From positions 196,165 through 204,597 of the forward strand of contig JAAOMT010000671.1 in the NCBI GenBank assembly GCA_016748015.1: 8,433 bases of DNA. The letters run 5' to 3'. Position numbers and translations under genes: made by a program. Of the stretch, positions 1-7,293 are shown one piece after another (the stretch's first letter is position 1; each line of letters starts with the position of its first letter). The notes beneath the pieces are model-generated. The model searched no databases. It was not told the origin of the DNA and saw nothing but the letters and a program-made list of their open reading frames with translations. This DNA comes from Geosiphon pyriformis uo1. Taxonomy: Eukaryota; Fungi; Glomeromycota.

Positions 1-152
1 TTCTTAAATGTTGGTAATGTTGATTTGCTGTGAATTCACGTTTTCAGGAAGTAGTTGAACCTCCAATAACTGAATTTATCTTTAAATTATCTCTTATAAT
101 TTGAACTGCTGGACTTATAAGTGGAATGGCCAATTCCTTGCCAGTTACTTTA

Positions 153-280
153 TGTAGTTACATTGTAGTAAACGTCAACTCTTTCCCAGGAATTGCTCGT
201 CTGGAAGCTCACTAAAATGTATAGTTACTTTGCTGTAAAAGTCAACTCTTCTACAGGAATCTTGTCTGTAGGCTACCCTA
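153..280 (-). repeat. Imperfect direct duplication (about 66-nt period) of a two-hairpin element
   Basis: Minus strand: CTACAGACAAGATTCCTGTAGAAGAGTTGACTTTTACAGCAAAGTAACTA (271-222) versus TTCCAGACGAGCAATTCCTGGGAAAGAGTTGACGTTTACTACAATGTAACTA (206-155). Confidence 0.8.
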
Positions 281-565
281 ATGATTGTAATAAGAAAAGA
301 AAAGAAAAATAAAAGAAATGTAAAAGAAATAGAATTTGTCAAGAGAAATGTTTTCTATCCAGGTCTGGAGTCACTAACAGTTTACTGAAATTGGTAGCTA
401 ATTAATTTCGAAATGTTAGTTGGGTTTTGGGGATTTTCCAAGTACAATAATTAAGAATTTGGCTTTTCAAATTTATTTGATATTTTATTTTGTTTTTGTG
501 TATAAAGGGTGATTCTAATTGTTAAATCTGAAGTAAGATACATTTTCTCGAAGAGAGAAGCTCTT

Positions 566-573
566 CTTTTATA
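566..573 (-). promoter_or_regulatory. Candidate LTR TATA box (TATAAAAG)
   Basis: Consensus TATA in the element's sense orientation, about 50 bp downstream of the 20-bp array. Confidence 0.5.
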
Positions 574-623
574 CAACTTGTTATAATACTATTCTATGAA
601 CTTGAACTTTGCTATTTTCTACA

Positions 624-737
624 ATTTCGCTGAACTAAAGATACATTTCGGCAAACTACAAGTTATTTTGGCGAACTATTAGATATTTCAGTGAACTATC
701 AATTATTTCGGCAAATTTCTACAAATTTCGGCGAACT
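624..737. repeat. Six-copy tandem array, 20-bp period, consensus ATTTCGGCGAACT plus about 7 variable nt
   Basis: Copies start at 624, 645, 665, 685, 705 and 725. Confidence 0.9.
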
Positions 738-921
738 TCTAAATATTATATAGTTCGGAGTATTGCATAATTGATCATCGCAATTAGGTTACATTTGTGT
801 TGTGTACAATTTGGGTTATTAATTAAATGATAATTTCAGACATTTTTGCTAATGTAATAAGTAATCATTTGAAATGATAATATATGCTAATTAATGATAG
901 AAATTATAAGATAATTTCATG

Positions 922-1641
922 CTAAATAATATCTCTAATTTTGTCTGATAACATAACCTCCTTCTCAAGACTGAGCTCCATCGAAGTCCAAGTACTGTCT
1001 GTTATTTCCAGATAATAATCCAAAATTATTGAAAAAATTTGGTCTGAAAATTGTTGAAATTTCAGTTCTGTGAGCTTTCCAATATATTGAATCTTCAAAG
1101 GTTGAAAAATTGGGTTTTGTAGTACGTTTTCATAGGTGTGGAATAGGTCATAAAGTCTAAGAACAGCTCTGAGCTTGTAGCAACTGTTTGTTGGTCCAGC
1201 TGTTGTCTTGAATTCATTGTGAAGTTGTTTTTGAATAACTTCTTTTGTGAGGTTTGCTGTTGTAAGTTCCAGTTTCCGTTCATAGAGTGTTTTTCCAATG
1301 TGGAAATATCTATAGATTGGAGGATATTCAGTGTTTTCCTCATTGAGACACAATTGAAGTCTTTATTGACTTGTAGCATTTGGTGGAATACTAATTGGAG
1401 TGAGCATTAGGTTTTCTCTTAAAGCAAGCTTTAAAAGTTCTGGCAGATGAATTCCAGTATAACTTCTTGTGTTCTTTTTATACAGGTGATATTTTCGTGA
1501 ATTTGGGGCTAATTTTGTAACTACTTCTGTTTGGGTATAATTTATGTGGTTTCCAATAACAGTAATGGATAATTCGGGTATTGTTTTTAAAGCTAACATT
1601 AGTTTTTGGGATAATTGTTGAATGTTTTGAGGAATAGTCAT
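922..1641 (-). pseudogene. ORF3, unknown protein of about 239 aa with one premature stop, overlapping the PPT and LTR start
   Basis: ORFs 1363..1650 and 922..1353 are in the same frame, split by a single TAA at 1363-1365 (ATSQ*RLQLC). ATG at 1639-1641. Confidence 0.7.
954..966 (-). other. Polypurine tract (plus-strand primer site)
   Basis: Minus strand reads GAGAAGGAGG-TTA immediately before TGTTAT. Confidence 0.7.
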
Positions 1642-1757
1642 TATAAGCAATTGAAAAAATAAAAAAATTATTTTTGGTGTATGGGTTTTTATGTTATTTT
1701 TGTTTTGTTTTTGTGAGATTGTTTCTAAATTATAAGAGAATAACTAGTAAAATTAAA

Positions 1758-3143
1758 TTAAGTGTTCAGGTTGGAAGGTTGTTCAATGACAACTATTGGT
1801 TCCAAGTTTCGGGGAATATCTTCAGGACTGACCAAAGGGGAATGTGTACCAATTTGTGGAATTAATAGTTCAGGATTGTTTCTGGAATAATAGTGTTTCA
1901 AACGATCTCCATGTGCAACTTTTGCTAGGATTTTGTCATCAAGTCTTAGCTTGTATGATCCATTGCCTAGGACTTTATAGATAAAGAATGGTCCATCCCA
2001 TTTATTTTCAAATTTTCTACTCCATTGTTTTTCAGCTTTAGTTTTGTGTAAGAGAACTTTGTTTCCAATTTTGAATTTATTGGTGACTGAAGACAATTTG
2101 TCATTATGCCGTTCTTTTTGTTGAGCTTGGGAGTGTTCAATATGGGTGGCTGCTATTCATCGTTTTCCTTCCAATGTGTTAAGCAAAGTGTAGGCTCTTC
2201 GCTGAAGTGTTTCTTGGAAATTGTTTTCATTGATCAGTTGTGCTGGGTATGTTTCCACTGTGAAACTGATTGGTAATATTGCTGTCCTTCCATAAGTTAA
2301 ATCAAATGGTGTGTGTTTTATGGTATCTTGTTTTAATGTCTTATATGCTAGTAACACTGATGAAATAAAGAGATCCCATTCTTACTCAAAATCGGTTAAG
2401 ACTTTGGCTAATGACTCATACAATGTTCTGTTAAAATGTTCCACAAGTCTGTTTGTTTGTGGATGGTAGGGCGAAGACAGAGGTCTTTTGACATTAAATC
2501 GTTCACAAATTTCTTGTATTAGGTTGTTCACAAAGTGTGTTCTCTGATCGGATAAAAGTTCAATTAGACATCCATGTCTACAAATGATGTCTTCGTAAAT
2601 AAAATTTGCTACTAATTTTGCATCTGCTCATTGAATGGCTCTGGCTTCAGGCCATTTAGTAAGATAGTCTACAGCTACTGCAATATAATGGTTTCCTTGA
2701 GTGGTGATAGATAGTGGTCCGACTAAATCGATACCAACTCTGTCAAAAGACTGTCCAACTTTGATTGGATTTAAAGGTTCTGTAGAGCAAGTTCCTCCTC
2801 TTTTTTGACAACTATCATAAGATTCGACATATTCGTGAATGTCTTTTCTCATTCAAGGCCAAAAGTAATATTCTATTGTTCTTTGGATGGTGCTATCTTT
2901 TCCGAAGTGTGCTGATAAAAGATCTGAGTGCATGTTGTATAAAATGGTCTCTTTTTCCTGTTCTTGTATTAATCTGAGTGGTTTGGTTGGGTTTTTGAAA
3001 TTTTGATGATAGATAATGTTGTTGTGTAGAAAATATTGTTTGGCTTGTTGTTGTAACTGATGTTTTTTGTCTGGGGACCAATCTGTTGGAATTGTTAATG
3101 TCTCCAAATATTGTTTGAGATTGTTGTAGTTTTCGGGATTCAT
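1758..3143 (-). pseudogene. Integrase (HHCC, DDE core, GPF/SH3-like C-terminus; no chromodomain), 462 codons, four premature stops
   Basis: One frame with stops at 2853-2855, 2628-2630, 2382-2384 and 2157-2159. H-x5-HFG...Y(C)DSC; GIDLVGP (D 2727-2729); LSDQRTHF (D 2547-2549); SSPYHPQTNRLVEHFNRTL (E 2439-2441, D-35-E spacing); TPFDLTYGR; KWDGPF. Confidence 0.95.
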
Positions 3144-3192
3144 TGTTTGTTGTTTTGATGCTGTTAATTCAAATGGGTGTTGGTTTTGTTTT

Positions 3193-3246
3193 CTAATCTT
3201 GCCTCATTCTTGAGAGACAATCAACATTGGTGTGGAGTTTTCCTGG
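3193..3246 (-). pseudogene. C-terminus of Ty3/Gypsy RNase H
   Basis: PGKLHTNVDCLSR matches the PGxxNxxADALSR motif; TAG follows four codons later. Confidence 0.85.
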
Positions 3247-4147
3247 NNNNNNNNNNNNNNNNNNNNNNNNNNNNNNNNNNNNNNNNNNNNNNNNNNNNNN
3301 NNNNNNNNNNNNNNNNNNNNNNNNNNNNNNNNNNNNNNNNNNNNNNNNNNNNNNNNNNNNNNNNNNNNNNNNNNNNNNNNNNNNNNNNNNNNNNNNNNNN
3401 NNNNNNNNNNNNNNNNNNNNNNNNNNNNNNNNNNNNNNNNNNNNNNNNNNNNNNNNNNNNNNNNNNNNNNNNNNNNNNNNNNNNNNNNNNNNNNNNNNNN
3501 NNNNNNNNNNNNNNNNNNNNNNNNNNNNNNNNNNNNNNNNNNNNNNNNNNNNNNNNNNNNNNNNNNNNNNNNNNNNNNNNNNNNNNNNNNNNNNNNNNNN
3601 NNNNNNNNNNNNNNNNNNNNNNNNNNNNNNNNNNNNNNNNNNNNNNNNNNNNNNNNNNNNNNNNNNNNNNNNNNNNNNNNNNNNNNNNNNNNNNNNNNNN
3701 NNNNNNNNNNNNNNNNNNNNNNNNNNNNNNNNNNNNNNNNNNNNNNNNNNNNNNNNNNNNNNNNNNNNNNNNNNNNNNNNNNNNNNNNNNNNNNNNNNNN
3801 NNNNNNNNNNNNNNNNNNNNNNNNNNNNNNNNNNNNNNNNNNNNNNNNNNNNNNNNNNNNNNNNNNNNNNNNNNNNNNNNNNNNNNNNNNNNNNNNNNNN
3901 NNNNNNNNNNNNNNNNNNNNNNNNNNNNNNNNNNNNNNNNNNNNNNNNNNNNNNNNNNNNNNNNNNNNNNNNNNNNNNNNNNNNNNNNNNNNNNNNNNNN
4001 NNNNNNNNNNNNNNNNNNNNNNNNNNNNNNNNNNNNNNNNNNNNNNNNNNNNNNNNNNNNNNNNNNNNNNNNNNNNNNNNNNNNNNNNNNNNNNNNNNNN
4101 NNNNNNNNNNNNNNNNNNNNNNNNNNNNNNNNNNNNNNNNNNNNNNN
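3247..4147. other. 901-nt N run (assembly gap or mask) where the RT thumb/connection and RNase H are expected
   Basis: Flanked by YLDD-proximal sequence on one side and the RNase H terminal motif on the other. About 300 codons fits the usual Gypsy spacing, and the frame is preserved across the gap. Confidence 0.85.
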
Positions 4148-4700
4148 ATTAAATGTAGCTCGAAAGATGGTGAATAAACATCAGTGTCATCAAGATAAAC
4201 TACTACTGATTTCCAAAGGAGGCCTTTGTAAACAACATCCATGAGTCATTGGAATGTTGCTGGTGCATTGCATAATCCAAAAGACATTACATTGAACTTG
4301 TAATTTTCTTCTTGAGTGGTGAATGCTGTTTTGGGGCAGTCTTTGGGATCCATAGCAACTTGCCAGTATTCACTCTCTAAATCTAATGTTGAAAAGTATT
4401 TGGACTTTCCAAGGGCATCCAACATGTTATCAATTTGGGGAAGAGGGTAGGCATTCCCAATAGTAACACTGTTGAGTTGTCAGTAATCAACACAAAATCG
4501 TATCTTTCCATTTTTTTTTTTAACTAAGTCCACAGGTGAGGCCCATGGGCTCATTGATGGTTGAATAAGCCCATTGTTAAGCATCCGTTGTACTTCTTCT
4601 CGGATAAATTGGTGACTTTCTGGGGCAACTCGGTAGGCTTGTTGTCACCTTAGTTTGGCATCTCCTGTATAGATTTGGTGTTGAACCAAATCAGTTCTTC
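4148..4700 (-). pseudogene. Reverse transcriptase, N-terminal and palm part (three in-frame TGA stops)
   Basis: Manual translation: ...[36 protein letters not shown]...YPLPQID...YFSTLDLESEYWQV...KTAFTT...VMSFGLCNAPATFQ*LMD...VYLDD (YLDD at 4186-4197). Confidence 0.96.
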
Positions 4701-5229
4701 CTAAGTCATTGTTGTTTTCGGTGAAGATGTCAGCAAATTCTGCAATTAGCTCTTTGAGCTGGGTTTGTTGTTGTGGTTCAAGTTGTCCCATGTTGATTCG
4801 AGATAGTTTTTCCATGACAACATGGTAGTTTTCAGAGCTAGGGTTTGGGTTGATTTTTGGTAGTGAATGTCCAATAATTTCAGGGAAATCGGGGACTGTT
4901 TGGGGTAATTCTTGTTGAAATATATTACTGTGAATAACTCCAATTTCTAAATTATTTAATAAAATTATGGGGTAATTATTGGGGTTGTAAAAAGTAACTC
5001 GGACTTTCTTTGTTCCTTCTGGAATATAAATGTTTGGGATCGAAATATTATGTTCCACGCAGACTTGCTCATTGGACTCAAAAATTTGTTGTGTGGTTGT
5101 TGGCTTTGGGCAGGTGTAGATTTCCAGATGTTCTCCAAAGGGTGAGATGGTAATTGGTTGTGGAAGTCTGAGAATCTGGTGGGATTTGTTCTGTGTGTTA
5201 AGAGCTATATTAACTGGAACTGTGAATCG

Positions 5230-5661
5230 TCCAGTTGAACCAAAACCTTGGGTTCCTCTATTGCTCTTTCCTAATTGCTCTCTTTGATTGACTAGTTGCA
5301 AACCTGAAATGTTGATTAGGGGTAAATAAATAGCTTGGGCAATTTTTTCAGCATGTTCAATCTTGAATAATTTGTCAGTTTCATTTTGAAGCATCACTGT
5401 TATGTCTCCAGTATATCCAGCATCAATTATTCCTCCTCTGACATTAATTCCTTTGCTTGCCAGAGAGAACCGGGAGGCGATTTGAACCATTGCTCCTGGC
5501 GGGATTTTGAGTGCAATTTTTAGGTTGATTTTTGTGAGAGATTTGGGTTTGAGAACAAGAGTATCCTTGCCTGGATATCTTAGGTCATATCCAGCATCAA
5601 TTTCATGTGCTTTTTCGGGTTTTATTCCTTGTCTGTTGTTGTTGAAGTATTTAAGTTGTAA
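5230..5661 (-). pseudogene. dut: Trimeric-type dUTPase domain within Pol
   Basis: All five motifs in order: AGYDL, ASRFSLA (RSS-type, S>F), GIIDAGYTGDI, EKIAQ, RGTQGFGSTG. Confidence 0.96.
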
Positions 5662-5778
5662 GGCAGACTGATTTTTGATAAGGTAGATGGATGTTGTTTC
5701 AATTTTTTCCATTTCTTCAGGTTCTCCAAATTCAATTTCATTCTCATCATTTTCGCTGGGCATGGGAATACTAAGAGC

Positions 5779-6390
5779 ATAGCATTCAGGACACCATTGT
5801 TCATTGCAAGGCATAATGCATTCTTCACATAGCCTAATGTTCATTTGCTCTAATCGTTAAATTTGAGCTTCTTGGGTCGGATAGGTGTGACTTGCAATTT
5901 GGTGGTAGACTTCTACTTCGTCTTCGTAATTGAATCCAGCTAATTCTATGGTGTATTCAATATATTCTGCTTCCTTTATTTGGCGAACATCTTTTTTGGT
6001 AGCTCTATTAATTAATGCCATTGCTAGGTCAAAAATCATCTCAGCATCATGGGGGTAGTGATAAAGTTTGTTGAGAGCACTGTTGTATGCCGCATTAAAG
6101 GGTGTTCCTCTTTTTACTTTTTCTGAAATTGATAAAGCATATTGGCAGGTCTGATTGCAGACGCCTCTTCTCATTGCTACATCAATCCAATTGCATTCTT
6201 CCGGTAGCATATCTCCACAAGTCAAACAAGGGGTGTTGTCCTATTTTCCACTCCTTTTTATCAGATGGCCCCATTGCTCTCTGTGGCAAGCCTTGTAGTA
6301 ATAACAAGTATGATTCTCATATTCTTCTTTAGGTGAAATGCAGACTCCCATTGACAATAGTTTCTTGTGGCAGTCCTTATATTTAAGGGG
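5779..6390 (-). other. Cys/His-rich domain of unknown function inside Pol, probably zinc-binding
   Basis: In frame between PR and dUTPase: YKDC, CYYYKACH, CLTC, CNQTC, CEEC, CPEC. Interrupted by two in-frame stops. Confidence 0.6.
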
Positions 6391-6606
6391 AATATAGGGG
6401 CGTCGTTTCTTTGGTTCGGGTTTTGAGTAAGGTATATTCCATTCAGAGGTTTTGGGTTTAGTGTGTGGAGTAAAATGTTCTTGTTCTGTTTCATCGGCCC
6501 AGTTGAATGTTGATCCAAGAGCCATGAATGTTTCGATTATTGGTTTTTCTTCTTCTGGTTCAAATTCAAAAGCCGGGGCTTTTTCAGAGCATTTGTTGAA
6601 TGTACC

Positions 6607-6975
6607 ACAAATGGCAGATACCTGGGCATGTTGTCCTTGGTAGGAAATTGTTAGCTCTTGTGTTTCCCAATTCAGATTAGCATTGGCTTTTTGAAGCCAA
6701 TCATTTCCGACAAGAGCTTGGTACTGGAGTGCGTCTATTACAAGAACTTTGACTGGAATGGTGATTCCATCAAGAGTGAATGGAAAATTGTCAATTTCTC
6801 CTACTGGTGTCTTTTTTATGCCATCAGCAGTGACGATTACTGTTTGAGCTGGTCGGTCGACATTTCTTTTCAACTGTTGCATTAACTGGTAGGTGATAAT
6901 GCTTCTGGTGGATCCACTGTCTAGGATCAAGCAAATTGGCTTTCCTTCTACTTCAGCTTCTGTGTACATTGCAGT
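6607..6975 (-). pseudogene. Retropepsin-like aspartic protease domain
   Basis: LILDSGS catalytic motif (Asp codon 6919-6921), flap-like IVTADG, and C-terminal ALVGNDWL (ILGxDWL-type). Confidence 0.92.
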
Positions 6976-7293
6976 GATGGCTTTTTGCTCATTAGCCACT
7001 GCATTGCTAAGCAAGAATGGTGATTCATTTGCTTTAAATTCAAAAGGAAAGATATTAGAGAGATTGGCATTTTCAGCAATTCGGGCTGGTGGAATAGTAG
7101 TGTGATTATTAGAAGGGTTTTGTTGTTGTTGTGCTGCAGCTCTACCTTCCGAGAGTGCAGTATGGTGAAAATCCTGTTCTTCTGGCATTGTTAAATAACT
7201 GGGTTGAGTGTGGTAGTGGTTGGGTCTTGGTTGAGTGGAATTTTGGGGAACCAATTGGTTGTTCGAACTGATTCTATCATTGTTTACTTGGTA

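Larger units (their letters stand above)
414..953 (-). repeat. Putative 3' LTR; start at 953 supported, end uncertain (candidate CA ends at 579, 414, 337, 286)
   Basis: Begins TGTTATCAG after the PPT. Contains the repeat array, a TATA box and AATAAA hexamers (about 472-490). TAACA at 414-418 mirrors TGTTA. The second LTR is not in the window for confirmation. Confidence 0.5.

Noticed and set aside
153-280. Known self-cleaving ribozyme (hammerhead, HDV-like, twister) or tRNA
   Set aside because: No CUGANGA/GAAA core, cloverleaf or other recognisable catalytic consensus by eye; kept only as an unknown structured motif.
624-737. CRISPR-like repeat/spacer array
   Set aside because: Cores are 13 bp and linkers about 7 bp, far too short; there are no cas genes and the context is a eukaryotic LTR.
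922-1641. Envelope gene
   Set aside because: No evident signal peptide, furin site plus fusion peptide, or transmembrane anchor, and too short.
1758-1900. Chromodomain at the integrase C-terminus
   Set aside because: The tail after the GPF module is short and Pro-rich, and lacks the chromodomain aromatic pattern (YLVKW...TWE).
3177-4244. Long plus-strand ORFs across the N run
   Set aside because: Artefacts of translating Ns.
4511-4521. A11 run in RT as a frameshift site
   Set aside because: The frame is intact through it (VKKKNGK), a normal RT motif.
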